A stretch of 64,000 nt of DNA, from contig CAKTEH010000001.1 in assembly GCA_934546935.1 (NCBI GenBank), positions 44,460 through 108,459 of the forward strand, given 5' to 3'. This document shows, in pieces, positions 45,277 through 54,765 of the stretch (the first letter of the stretch is position 1; every line of letters starts with the position of its first letter). Source of the stretch: an uncultured Eubacteriales bacterium. Its GTDB lineage: Bacteria > Bacillota > Clostridia > Oscillospirales > QAMX01. Under the pieces are notes generated by a model that made no database searches, was not told where the DNA came from, and worked only from the letters and a program-made list of their open reading frames with translations. The position numbers and the translations under genes were made by a program.

Positions 45277-47307
45277 TCATTCGATATCAAACATTTTTTT
45301 AAGCTTTTGTTGGATCATTGCATGTGCAGGATCGCAAAGCGCAGGATCTGCAGCCGCAACAGCCTTCGCGGCTGCATCCGCTTCAGATAAAAGCTGCATA
45401 TCCGCGCCAAGGTCTGCAATTTTCAGCCCCGGCACGCCGGACTGTCGTTGGCCGAAGAATTCGCCCGGCCCGCGTATTCGCAGGTCTTCGCGCGCAATTG
45501 CAAAGCCATCGTTGGATGCGCACAAAACCTTCAGGCGCTCCTGCACGGCCTCGGAGTGCGATGCGGAAAGAAGTACGCAGTAAGATTTATAGGTGGAACG
45601 TCCAACCCGGCCGCGCAGCTGATGCAGCTGTGAAAGGCCAAAACGTTCAGCATTTTCAATTACGATCATATTGGCATTGGGAACATTGACGCCGACTTCA
45701 ATTACGGTTGTGGAAACCAGGACCCGGATTTCCCCGGCGGCAAAGCGTCGCATCACCGCGTCTTTATCCCGTGCAGGCATGCGCCCATGCAGCAGCGCAA
45801 TTGGGATATCGGGGAAATAGGTTTCCTGCAGCTGACAGGAAAAGGCCTCTACGGCCTTCATTTCGTCATTTTCACCCTCTTCAACCAGAGGGCAGATGAC
45901 ATATCCCTGCCTGCCCGCCAAAACCTGCCGTCGCAGAAAGCCGTAAACTGCGTCGCGCTTGTCCTCTCCGGGCGCGCGGGTATCGACAGGGATCCGTCCC
46001 GGCGGCAGCTCGTCGATCACAGACAGGTCCAGGTCTCCGTAAAGTACCATGGCAAGTGTGCGTGGGATCGGGGTGGCGCTCATGACCAGCATGTGAGCAA
46101 GACAATCTGCCTTTTGCCGCAGCAGCGCGCGCTGGCGAACGCCGAAGCGGTGCTGTTCGTCGGTTATGGCAAGACGCAGCGCGCGGAACCTGGTGTTTTC
46201 CGATAAAAGTGCATGCGTACCGACGATGAAATCAATCTCTCCGGCGGCAAGCTGTGCAGCGGTATCCCTGCGCCGGGAAGGCGAGATCCCACCGCTGAGC
46301 AGCCCGACACGGATGCCTAGGGGTGCAAAAAGGGCGGAAAGATCATGATAGTGCTGGGCTGCGAGGATTTCGGTCGGAGCCATCATAGCTGCCTGGAAGC
46401 CGCTTTGGACGACGGCATAAACAGCCGCTGCTGCAACAAGCGTTTTTCCGGAGCCCACGTCTCCCTGCACCATCCGGCGCATTGCCGGCGTATGCGGGTC
46501 GGCCATGTCGGCAAGGATTTCCGAAATCGCACGTACCTGTGCACCGGTGGGGGAAAAGGGCAACGCATTGTAAAAAGGCTGCATATCCGGCACGGGGATT
46601 TCTGCACCTGGTTCCCTGTGTCCACTGCGGATACCGGCAAAACCGAGCGACAGATAAAAGAGTTCTTCGAATGCGAAGCGCCGCCGCGCCTGCTCCAGCG
46701 CATGCATATTTTCCGGATGATGGATTTGCCGGTAAGCCTGGGCGACGGGCAGAAGGTTCCAGCGCTTCAGGACTTCCGCTGGAAGCGTTTCTGGCGCAGT
46801 ATCCGCAAAGCACAGAGCCTGGTCAAGCCAACGCACGAATCCCGCGTTGTTTAGCCCGCCGGTCAAGTCATATACAGGCCAGATCCGTCCGGCTTTTTTC
46901 CCAATTCCGGAGGGCTCGAACACGGGGTTGACCATGCTCAGATGCGTACCATAAAGCTCACACTTTCCATAAAAATCATAGCTTTCCCCTTCGGTAAGCT
47001 TCAGGTAAGGCATGTTGAAAAAACTCAGCGTCATGGATGCGCTTTCGTCGGCAATTACGGCGCGGGTTATAAGCCGTCCGCCCGGTATGCGGTGAGATGA
47101 GGGCGGCCCGCTCACCCGTGCGCGAACGCAGGCGCTTTCCCCGGGATGCAGCGCGCGAATCGGGAGAAAGGCGCTGCGATCCTCGTAACGGCGCGGAAAA
47201 TGGTCGAGGAGGTCCGCAACCGTGAAGATACCGAGCTTCGCCAGCAGCTTCTCGCGGGCTTCCCCGACCCCTTTAAGATATCGGATTTGAAGTTGGAGAT
47301 TTTCCAT
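45277..47307 (-). CDS. recG: ATP-dependent DNA helicase RecG
   Basis: 676 aa. Wedge/OB N-terminus, GDVGSGKT (motif I), DEQHRFG (motif II), GRVGR. Confidence 0.92.
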   Translation of the reverse strand: MENLQLQIRYLKGVGEAREKLLAKLGIFTVADLLDHFPRRYEDRSAFLPIRALHPGESACVRARVSGPPSSHRIPGGRLITRAVIADESASMTLSFFNMPYLKLTEGESYDFYGKCELYGTHLSMVNPVFEPSGIGKKAGRIWPVYDLTGGLNNAGFVRWLDQALCFADTAPETLPAEVLKRWNLLPVAQAYRQIHHPENMHALEQARRRFAFEELFYLSLGFAGIRSGHREPGAEIPVPDMQPFYNALPFSPTGAQVRAISEILADMADPHTPAMRRMVQGDVGSGKTLVAAAAVYAVVQSGFQAAMMAPTEILAAQHYHDLSALFAPLGIRVGLLSGGISPSRRRDTAAQLAAGEIDFIVGTHALLSENTRFRALRLAITDEQHRFGVRQRALLRQKADCLAHMLVMSATPIPRTLAMVLYGDLDLSVIDELPPGRIPVDTRAPGEDKRDAVYGFLRRQVLAGRQGYVICPLVEEGENDEMKAVEAFSCQLQETYFPDIPIALLHGRMPARDKDAVMRRFAAGEIRVLVSTTVIEVGVNVPNANMIVIENAERFGLSQLHQLRGRVGRSTYKSYCVLLSASHSEAVQERLKVLCASNDGFAIAREDLRIRGPGEFFGQRQSGVPGLKIADLGADMQLLSEADAAAKAVAAADPALCDPAHAMIQQKLKKMFDIE

Positions 47308-47313
47308 GGCCGC

Positions 47314-47736
47314 TTACTCCGACAGCGGCATGCCTGCGTCGCCGGCTTGCCTGAGGATCTGCCGGATTTGCCGGTGGATTGCGGGTGTAATGCGCCGGCG
47401 GAAGAGCGAAAGGGACAGCGGTGCAAATACCGGCTGGCGTGTGAATTCCTGCAGGCCGATGAAATACTGCAAGTAGGGGTTTTCCTGGATTTGCCGTACG
47501 GTCTCCGCATCGGAAATGTTCAGCAGATCGCTGATCATCATTGCGCCGAGCATCATGCGCAGCGGTTTGGCAGGCGCGCCGCGTGAAGAATACAGCTGCG
47601 GTGCAATATGCTGCTCCAGCAGGTCCCAAGGCGTTGCCTTTGCCCGCACGACCCAACGGTTTTCGGGATCAAGCATGTCTTCGAGCGGGTGAATCAGCGT
47701 GAAAATATCCAGTTGTCCATCCGGCAGCTTATACAC
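47314..47736 (-). CDS. Transposase N-terminal domain only (DUF772-like, IS5/IS1182 type); truncated or domesticated
   Basis: 140 aa. GAPAKPLRMMLGAMMISDLLNISDAETVRQIQENPYLQYFIGL resembles the InsH/IS1182 N-terminal domain. There is no DDE domain. The stop lies 6 nt before the recG ATG. Confidence 0.6.
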   Translation of the reverse strand: MYKLPDGQLDIFTLIHPLEDMLDPENRWVVRAKATPWDLLEQHIAPQLYSSRGAPAKPLRMMLGAMMISDLLNISDAETVRQIQENPYLQYFIGLQEFTRQPVFAPLSLSLFRRRITPAIHRQIRQILRQAGDAGMPLSE

Positions 47737-47748
47737 GGCTGTCCTCCT

Positions 47749-48573
47749 TTAGAATTTTTCAATATCAATCCGCTCTACCGGGCCTTCAAGCGGGTGCTGT
47801 AAAAAAATGGATGCAGATCCAGTGAAATCTTCAACGCTGTCGCTGACGTAATAGCGTACGCCGCCTTTGTGATCCGGAAGGTTGGAGAGGCCCTTTTCTG
47901 CAAGAATCGAAGCGACATGCACGGCAGCTTCCACACCGGAATCGATCAATGCGGCTTCCGGCGCTTCCTGGGCGATCGCGGGGGCAAGCAGAGGGTAGTG
48001 CGTACAGCCGAGGATAATCGTATCGGCGCCGAAAGCGCGCACCGGAGCAAGATACTCCTGCGTAAGGATCCGGACAATGGGATCTTCTTTACTAAAACGT
48101 CCCGCTTCAACAACCGGGACAAAAAGGCGGCAGGGTTGTTCCAGGACACAAAGATCCGGACGAAGGGATTTTAAAAAATCACTGTAGACATGTCCGGAGA
48201 CTGTGGCTGCGGTTGCCAGTACTGCAATGCGCCCATTGTGTGTCTGCGCGCAGGCACGGCGTGAAGCGTCCTCAATAACGCCGCATACGGGAACGGGAAG
48301 CTCCTGCGCCAGGGTGTCCAGTGCGGCATAGCAGGCGGTGTTGCAGGCGATAAACAAGAGTTTAATCCCAAAACCCATCAGGAAGCTGGCGTCCTGGCGG
48401 GCATATTTAGTGATAATATCGCGGCCGCGCGTGCCGTAGGGGACGCGGCCGGTATCCCCAAAGTAAATCAAGTCTTCCCCGGGCAGCAGTGCACGTAGTT
48501 TCTGGAAACCGGTAAGGCCGCCAAGCCCGGAGTCGAAAACGCCGATGGGGCGCGGATCATAACCCATTGTCAT
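47749..48573 (-). CDS. murI: Glutamate racemase
   Basis: FDSGLGGLT, ACNTACY, GCTHYP. Confidence 0.92.
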   Translation of the reverse strand: MTMGYDPRPIGVFDSGLGGLTGFQKLRALLPGEDLIYFGDTGRVPYGTRGRDIITKYARQDASFLMGFGIKLLFIACNTACYAALDTLAQELPVPVCGVIEDASRRACAQTHNGRIAVLATAATVSGHVYSDFLKSLRPDLCVLEQPCRLFVPVVEAGRFSKEDPIVRILTQEYLAPVRAFGADTIILGCTHYPLLAPAIAQEAPEAALIDSGVEAAVHVASILAEKGLSNLPDHKGGVRYYVSDSVEDFTGSASIFLQHPLEGPVERIDIEKF

Positions 48574-49629
48574 TCACCGCTTTTGCGCAAGCGCAATCAG
48601 CCGGTCGATCAGCTCTGGATAGGGAAGGCCGGAAGCCTCGAACAACTGCGGATACATACTGATGGAAGTAAAACCGGGGATAGAGTTAATTTCGTTGAAA
48701 ATTACCTCTCCATTTTCAGAAAGGAAGAAGTCACAGCGCGAAAGGCCGAAGCATTCCAGCGCCCGGTAAACCGCTTCTGCCGCAGCACGTACTTTTTCCG
48801 CCGCAGTGGGCGGGATGCGTGCCGGGATATACAAAAGCGAGCCTTCGTCGTCATATTTTGCGGAGTAGGTGTAAAATTCCTGTGCCGGACAGATTTCCCC
48901 GACAATGGAGGTCAGGACATCTCCGTGCGCATCGCCGAAAACCGCACATTCGATTTCCTGGCCGGTTACACATGCTTCCAAAATAAGCTTTTCGTCATAT
49001 TGGCGGGCAAAGGAGACTGCTTGTGCGAGATCCTGCGCTTTTTTCACTTTGGATACGCCGACAGAGGAGCCTGTGCGCGCAGGTTTGACAAAGATAGGCA
49101 GGGAAAGTGAAGCGACTGCCCGTTCGGTATGCATCTGCACATCAGAGAGAAAGTCCGAGGCGAAGCAGACAATGCTTTTAGCCTGGGCAACGCCTGCCCG
49201 TTCGGCAAAGATCTTGGTAATGGCTTTGTCCATTGTATTGGCGCTGGCTGCCACGCCGCAGCCGACAAAAGGAATGCCGGAAAGCGTTAAAAGCCCCTGT
49301 ATGGCGCCATCTTCACATTTTTCCCCATGCAAAACCGGGAAAACCACATCGATATGTTCGACATGCCCATCATGGAACAACAGGCCGTGGTGGGACGTAT
49401 CGGGTGAGAGCACACAAGGGGTGTTATCCGGGTCGCGGATCCAGGATCCGTCCTCTATGTGTGCATAGGGGCCAAAATATCGGAGCCATTCCCCGCTGCG
49501 GGTAATGCCGACGGTGGAAATTTCATATTTTTCCGCGTGGAGATGGGACAGGACGCTTGCGGCGGAACGAAGGGAAACTTCATACTCGCTGGAAGCGCCG
49601 CCAAAAAGCACGCAAAGTCTGGTTTTCAT
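48574..49629 (-). CDS. ddl: D-alanine--D-alanine ligase
   Basis: LFGGASSEYEVSLRSA, FPVLHGEKCEDGAIQGLL, ATP-grasp core, NEINSIPGFT. Confidence 0.9.
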   Translation of the reverse strand: MKTRLCVLFGGASSEYEVSLRSAASVLSHLHAEKYEISTVGITRSGEWLRYFGPYAHIEDGSWIRDPDNTPCVLSPDTSHHGLLFHDGHVEHIDVVFPVLHGEKCEDGAIQGLLTLSGIPFVGCGVAASANTMDKAITKIFAERAGVAQAKSIVCFASDFLSDVQMHTERAVASLSLPIFVKPARTGSSVGVSKVKKAQDLAQAVSFARQYDEKLILEACVTGQEIECAVFGDAHGDVLTSIVGEICPAQEFYTYSAKYDDEGSLLYIPARIPPTAAEKVRAAAEAVYRALECFGLSRCDFFLSENGEVIFNEINSIPGFTSISMYPQLFEASGLPYPELIDRLIALAQKR

Positions 49630-49781
49630 GATAAGACTTCCTTTTAAGATTGAAATAAGAATAAATCAGAAGCCGGAGATATCTGCGGCAGGGAAATCTG
49701 CCGCTGTGTATCCGGGATACTGTCCGGTAAGCAATTTTATGCCAGCTGCCTGCCAGCTATTCCGGCGGGCCTGTTTTTTCC

Positions 49782-49810
49782 AGTATAGCATGGCAGCTCC
49801 TATTTTTCAA
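49782..49810 (-). promoter_or_regulatory. Candidate promoter of the ddl-murI operon
   Basis: On the minus strand: TTGAAA, 17 nt, TATACT, ~150 nt upstream of the ddl ATG. Confidence 0.45.
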
Positions 49811-49862
49811 ACAGAAAAGGAAAATATGGGGGAGATTTTCCGTCTGTACCGCTATACGGCGT

Positions 49863-50162
49863 TCATAAGTCCGGTTGGCTGTCGTCTGACCCGTTTTGAT
49901 CTGGCTTATTCCATTCGGCGTCTATATTGGCGGGCTCGTCGAAATCCAGAAAGATTTTTGGAGGCACCTGAAAATAATCGGCGATGGCGAACAAGGTTTT
50001 CAGTGACAGCGGCTGAGGATAGGAGGATGTTTCGATCTGGGAAAGGTACCCCGGGCTGATGTCGACATAGCTTGCGAGCTGTTCCTGTGTCAGCTTATGA
50101 TAATTGCGGTAGTATGCGATTTTCAAGCCGATTTTGATATACCGGTCTGCGTTAATATCCAT
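49863..50162 (-). CDS. XRE-family HTH transcriptional regulator (99 aa)
   Basis: IGLKIAYYRNYHKLTQEQLASYVDISPGYLSQIE is a Cro/C1-type HTH. Confidence 0.8.
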   Translation of the reverse strand: MDINADRYIKIGLKIAYYRNYHKLTQEQLASYVDISPGYLSQIETSSYPQPLSLKTLFAIADYFQVPPKIFLDFDEPANIDAEWNKPDQNGSDDSQPDL

Positions 50163-50316
50163 AGATTCACCTCACACAAAGATTTGCACAGTTATCTTTC
50201 CAATATAGTTTACGACTTTCCTGCGAGATTGAACACGGGATATTATATTGAATTTTCTGGATAATAGTTATAGTAATATGAAATATATAATCAAAACAAT
50301 AGAAAATATCGTGAAA

Positions 50317-50352
50317 AATAAAAAGCAGGCCGGGATAAGATTCCCGGCCTGC
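50317..50352 (-). terminator. Terminator after the membrane-tethered XRE gene
   Basis: On the minus strand: GCAGGCCGGGA atctta TCCCGGCCTGC followed by TTTTTATTTTT. Confidence 0.75.
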
Positions 50353-50368
50353 AGGGTGTGAAGGCTGT

Positions 50369-51574
50369 TTATGAAAGCTGCGCAATGGAAAGCCTGTGTT
50401 CGTAACGGTTGCCGTCGCTGTCAGTCAGTGTGAACATCCAGTAGATTTCTGCGCCGGAGATATAGTCGAACCGTTTATCTTCAATCTCGAAAACATCGGG
50501 GTAGTAGGTGACTGAACCGTAAGCCAAAGCGATTTCTGAATCGTAATCGTTTGCAGGAAAATCCTCTTCAAGATCGATCTGCTTGGAAAAAATTTTATCT
50601 GTATTGTAATAAAGGCTGCATTCGATCGAAAGGGGCTTGGGAGCCGCAGAAGAACTGGGAGGAGTAAAGGATACTGCAGGGGCGCCGGAAAAGGCAATGG
50701 TACGGTAGTCCCAGGCTGTGTAGCTGAATTTATCCTTATATACTTCAAAGTATGGAACAAACTGCGTGCTCAGGTCATGAAGCTGCGCGGCCAGTTCCTG
50801 CTGTGTAGAACCGCCGGGTGTTGCGTACTGGATGTAAACGTCAAGCTCCGCGCACAATGGGATTTCCGCCTGTGCGCGAAACTGTCCCTCGGAAACCGAC
50901 GCTGCAATTGTAATCGGCTCTTTAAGCGTATCGGATGCCCCTGAAGCTGGAGACAGTAGGAAGCTGAGCGTATCTTCCGGAGAAAATTCCCGCGGCGTGG
51001 CACGCAGGACAATGCGCATGGTTTGTTTTTTCAGGTCGCAGCCAGAAAGCTCCCAGTCAAAATAAAACTGGTCCGGCTCAATGAGGGTAAATTCATTCTC
51101 CAGCCGGTTGAGTATCTGTTGATAAAGGGCGGCGGTATCCGCGGGGTGTGAGGCAAGCGCGTCGATGCGCTCAGTCAGCGCATCGTATTTCTGTCCAAGC
51201 GTATGCGTCCGGACGGCAAAGAAAACGGCAAAGATTACAAGTGCCGTGCCGATAATCCCCACGCTAGCCGTCAGCAGTACCGGCGTATGTTTTGCCTGCG
51301 CCTTGTCGATGCGCTGAAGCAGTGCATCGACGCTTTGCGCGCTGAGCGGCGAGCTGTCTTCTCCGGTATTCTGTGCAGGCTGTCCGGTGATCAGTTCATC
51401 GATGCTGAGATGGAAAATTTTTGCCAGCTGCGTCAGGTTTTCCAAGGTTGGAAGCGATGTGCCGGATTCCCATTTGCCCAGCGCCTGCCGGCTGATTCCA
51501 AGCATTTCCGCCAGCGCCTCCTGAGAAAGCCCGGCTTTTTTGCGAAGCTCCTGTATACGGGAAGCAAGATCCAT
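50369..51574 (-). CDS. Membrane-tethered XRE-family regulator with large extracytoplasmic C-terminal domain
   Basis: ORF 50369..51649. The start MDLASRIQELRKKAGLSQEALAEMLGISRQALGKWESG at 51574 follows GGAGGA. A single TM (VLLTASVGIIGTALVIFAVFFAV) is followed by a ~260-aa domain with no recognisable motif. Confidence 0.7.
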   Translation of the reverse strand: MDLASRIQELRKKAGLSQEALAEMLGISRQALGKWESGTSLPTLENLTQLAKIFHLSIDELITGQPAQNTGEDSSPLSAQSVDALLQRIDKAQAKHTPVLLTASVGIIGTALVIFAVFFAVRTHTLGQKYDALTERIDALASHPADTAALYQQILNRLENEFTLIEPDQFYFDWELSGCDLKKQTMRIVLRATPREFSPEDTLSFLLSPASGASDTLKEPITIAASVSEGQFRAQAEIPLCAELDVYIQYATPGGSTQQELAAQLHDLSTQFVPYFEVYKDKFSYTAWDYRTIAFSGAPAVSFTPPSSSAAPKPLSIECSLYYNTDKIFSKQIDLEEDFPANDYDSEIALAYGSVTYYPDVFEIEDKRFDYISGAEIYWMFTLTDSDGNRYEHRLSIAQLS

Positions 51575-51709
51575 AATCTGTTTTTTCCTCCGTGTCGGTG
51601 TGTTTTGATACTTTGATTTTAACATTGTCCGCCTGCAAAATACCACCAATTGCAGCTGTCAATTCCGGCAACCATTGGTTGCCTGGGACATTTTTTTTGA
51701 TTTTCTGAT

Positions 51710-51747
51710 AAAAGTCCCGCCGCACCTGAAGCTGCGGCGGGACTTTT
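51710..51747. terminator. Terminator after the HAD hydrolase gene
   Basis: AAAAGTCCCGCCGCA cctgaagc TGCGGCGGGACTTTT: 15-bp stem. Confidence 0.75.
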
Positions 51748-51749
51748 GC

Positions 51750-52586
51750 TTATGTTGGGATTTCGCTGTTCGCGGCAAGCCACAACGCTACACCGTCAGC
51801 GTCATTCGAGGCGATGACGGCGTTCGCCCGTTTCTTCAGCGCATCCGCTGCATTTGCTACGGCATAAGCCTCGTCCGCGGTCTCGAATAACGCAAGATCA
51901 TTGACCGCGTCTCCAAAGGCAATCATGCGGGAGAAGCCGAGCATCTGTTTGAGCGTGCGTGCGGCCTCGGCCTTTGTCGCGCGGCGCGGCATAATTTCAA
52001 GCCAGTATTCCGGACGGTAAAGCTCCTGCTGGAAGGTGCAGGTATACGCTGTGTCCTGTACCAGCTGCCGGTATAATGGGGCAAGGTCTGCCTGCTCTCC
52101 AACGAAGGTAAAATAAAACGGCTGGCCGTCAAAAAGTGTATCAAAAGTGTTTACCGGCCGCAGCCGTGGATCGTTTTTCCGGCTGGAAAGATAGTGAAGG
52201 AGCCCTTCGTTCTCCTGCCCGAAAAGCCAGGATACCCGTTCGGCGCCGTCTATCCAGGCATAGACAAGCAATCCGGTGCCTACACGGATAAGGGCACGTA
52301 TGCGGTCGCATTGTGCGCCGGTAAAAGTCAGGGAGAAAAACCGCTCCCCACTGTTTGGGTTAAGCAGCATGCAGCCGTTGTAGACAATAACTGGCAGCCT
52401 CAGCGTAAGCCCCTGGGTTACAATCCGTGCAGAGTGGACGGAGCGCGCAGTCGCATAGGTAAAAGCCAGACCGTTTTCGATCATCCGGTTTAAAATCCCG
52501 AGACTGTGCTCGCTGATGCGACCGTTGCGACCGAGGAGCGTCCCATCAAGATCGCAGAGATAAAGCGTGCGCCGGGAATTGTCCAT
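51750..52586 (-). CDS. HAD-IIB (Cof-type) phosphatase
   Basis: LYLCDLDGTLL (DxDGT), TARS, GDAVNDLALF. Confidence 0.85.
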   Translation of the reverse strand: MDNSRRTLYLCDLDGTLLGRNGRISEHSLGILNRMIENGLAFTYATARSVHSARIVTQGLTLRLPVIVYNGCMLLNPNSGERFFSLTFTGAQCDRIRALIRVGTGLLVYAWIDGAERVSWLFGQENEGLLHYLSSRKNDPRLRPVNTFDTLFDGQPFYFTFVGEQADLAPLYRQLVQDTAYTCTFQQELYRPEYWLEIMPRRATKAEAARTLKQMLGFSRMIAFGDAVNDLALFETADEAYAVANAADALKKRANAVIASNDADGVALWLAANSEIPT

Positions 52587-52589
52587 GAT

Positions 52590-53759
52590 TTATTTCTCAC
52601 CGGGCATCCAGATACGGTATTTCCCGGAAAGGGCCAGCATGGCGAACATATACAGGCAGTTGTCGTAATAACGGCGGATATCACGGCGCAGCGGCGTATT
52701 CCAAAATACGCGCACGCATTCACGGGCATAGGAATCATATTTTCCGCCTTCGGCCAATGTCGAGGCAATGGAAGCGGCGGCATTAGTGGAAATAATCGCC
52801 ACTGGATGCAGCGCCGGCTCGTTAATTATCGTACCGTCAATGTTATAGACATGATAACGGTGTTCCGGTTCGTTTTCGCAGAAGAATTTTTGCAGTTTAC
52901 CGTTGATCTCGTATTGCCACGGGTCAACGTTGAACCAGAGCGTATCCATGGCTATATTAGCCGGTACGCGGTAAGCGTCGGAGTAGTAGCGTTCGCGTCC
53001 CCTCTGCGTCGGCGCGCTGCCGTCGAACAGGGAATATTCCGGAGAAAGTCCTGTTTCCGGATGGCAGGCGGCGTGAAGGTATTTTCGGCTTGCGCCGGCA
53101 GCTTTTTTCCAGAACGGGCGGTCTTCCTCATTTGCCCAAAGGGCAAACAGCTCATAAAAATGCGGCAGGTGGTAGGACGGATCAGTATGGTCGGCTTCCG
53201 GGACAAAACGGATCAGGTAGTTTTCCGGATCCCACATTGCGCGGCCTTCTTCCCCGTTTTCACCCTTGTGCACGCACTCATGCAAAATTGCGCGCGCCTG
53301 CTCGGAATAATTGTACGGCGCTTCCCGGTCGCCCCAGCGGTGGGAGGCAAAAAACAGCGCCATCGCGTAATATTCTTCTCCGTCCGGTGCGGGTCCCTGC
53401 GCAAAACGGTTTCCATCGAGCCCGCAGCTCCAGGCAAAATAGCCACGGTATTTGCCCTCTTTATGGTACATGAAGCTCATGCAGAAATTCCACAGTTTGT
53501 CGAACTCTTCCTGCCGGTCCATCTGCACGCACATCATCATCGAGTAGCTCATACCTTCGGTTCTGGCGTCGCAGTTCCCCGTATCCTCAAAGCTTGCCTT
53601 GTCCGGCCAGTCCGGATGGTACAGGGCAATGTTTTTTGGGCCGTAGAAAATCTCGTTGAAGGTATCCTCAACGCGGCGGTCGATTTGAGCCGGATCATAC
53701 CCCAGCTCGGCAAATACGTTGCGGTAATTCCCGGTGTAAAATGCGCCTTTGGTTGACAT
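52590..53759 (-). CDS. Glycoside hydrolase family 8, reducing-end xylose-releasing exo-oligoxylanase-like
   Basis: 389 aa, cytoplasmic (no signal peptide). N-terminal GAFYTGNYRNVFAELGY and the RTEGMSYSMM catalytic-Glu region resemble Rex8-type GH8 enzymes. Confidence 0.75.
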   Translation of the reverse strand: MSTKGAFYTGNYRNVFAELGYDPAQIDRRVEDTFNEIFYGPKNIALYHPDWPDKASFEDTGNCDARTEGMSYSMMMCVQMDRQEEFDKLWNFCMSFMYHKEGKYRGYFAWSCGLDGNRFAQGPAPDGEEYYAMALFFASHRWGDREAPYNYSEQARAILHECVHKGENGEEGRAMWDPENYLIRFVPEADHTDPSYHLPHFYELFALWANEEDRPFWKKAAGASRKYLHAACHPETGLSPEYSLFDGSAPTQRGRERYYSDAYRVPANIAMDTLWFNVDPWQYEINGKLQKFFCENEPEHRYHVYNIDGTIINEPALHPVAIISTNAAASIASTLAEGGKYDSYARECVRVFWNTPLRRDIRRYYDNCLYMFAMLALSGKYRIWMPGEK

Positions 53760-53896
53760 AAGATTGATCCCCGCTTTCTTTATTTTATTTATTTTAATTT
53801 TTCGTTTTAGCTGCCCTGTACTGCCTTACAGGCCCGGAAAGGCCGGATATGCTATACGGAATTATATCGTTATTTTTCAATTAAATCAACAAGGGT

Positions 53897-54640
53897 TTAT
53901 GTTTCCCTGATCAGGTCGGCGAATGTACCGCCCATTACTTCACCGATGGGTTTGTCGATAAGCAGATCCGCCTGCCGGTCGAGCGGGGTGGGCGTTCGGT
54001 TGATTACAACAGTCGTTGCGCCGCGGAAATAGGTTAAAAGGCCCGCCGCCGGATAGACGGCAAGTGAGGTGCCGCCGATGATCAGGGTATCCGCTTGCGC
54101 GATGGCGCTGAGCGCGCCTTTAACAATTGCATCGTCGAGCGCTTCGCCGTAAAGCACGACCTCGGGCTTTATGACGCCTCCGCAGTGCGGGCAATGCGGC
54201 ACATCGTGGGTAGAGAGAACGAAGCGCAGACCGTATTTCGCACCGCAGCGCATGCATGCGTTGCGGTGTACGCTTCCGTGCAGTTCAAAAACGCGGCTGG
54301 AACCGGCGGCCTGATGCAGGCCGTCGATGTTCTGCGTGATTACGGCGTTGAGTTTCCCAATCCGCTCCAGCGCGGCGAGCGCAAGGTGGGCAGGGTTTGG
54401 CCGCGCATCTGGGAAAAGCATTTTCTCCCGGTAGAACCGGTAAAATTCCTCTGTATTTTGCAGGAAAAAATCATGGCTGATAATCGTCTCCGGCGGATAG
54501 CGCCAGGACTGGGCATACAGGCCGTCCGTTGAACGGAAGTCGGGGATTTTTGATTCTGTTGACACGCCGGCACCGCCGAAGAAGACGATGTTTTTGCTGG
54601 AATTTATAATGTTTCGAAGCTTTTCGCTGTACATCTGCAT
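53897..54640 (-). CDS. cobB: NAD-dependent protein deacylase (Sir2 family)
   Basis: ORF 53897..54799. The start MQMYSEKL at 54640 follows GGGGAGG. Also GAGVSTESKIPDFRS, TQNIDGLH, and Zn Cys pairs CMRCG / CPHCGG. Confidence 0.88.
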   Translation of the reverse strand: MQMYSEKLRNIINSSKNIVFFGGAGVSTESKIPDFRSTDGLYAQSWRYPPETIISHDFFLQNTEEFYRFYREKMLFPDARPNPAHLALAALERIGKLNAVITQNIDGLHQAAGSSRVFELHGSVHRNACMRCGAKYGLRFVLSTHDVPHCPHCGGVIKPEVVLYGEALDDAIVKGALSAIAQADTLIIGGTSLAVYPAAGLLTYFRGATTVVINRTPTPLDRQADLLIDKPIGEVMGGTFADLIRET

Positions 54641-54765
54641 AAACGCCTCCCCGTCTTTTTTATTATAAAGGCTGGTACAGGAAAAATCAAGTGCACGGCG
54701 GAAAGGGACAGCAAAGGCGGCGGCGTGCGGTTTATAATAGGGGCGATGCCGGAGGGGAGGGAACT

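Noticed and set aside
48574-49629. Whether the ligase is a Van-type D-Ala-D-Lac/D-Ser ligase
   Set aside because: There are no vanH, vanX, vanT or vanRS genes nearby. It sits in a housekeeping ddl-murI context. Specificity residues cannot be judged by eye.
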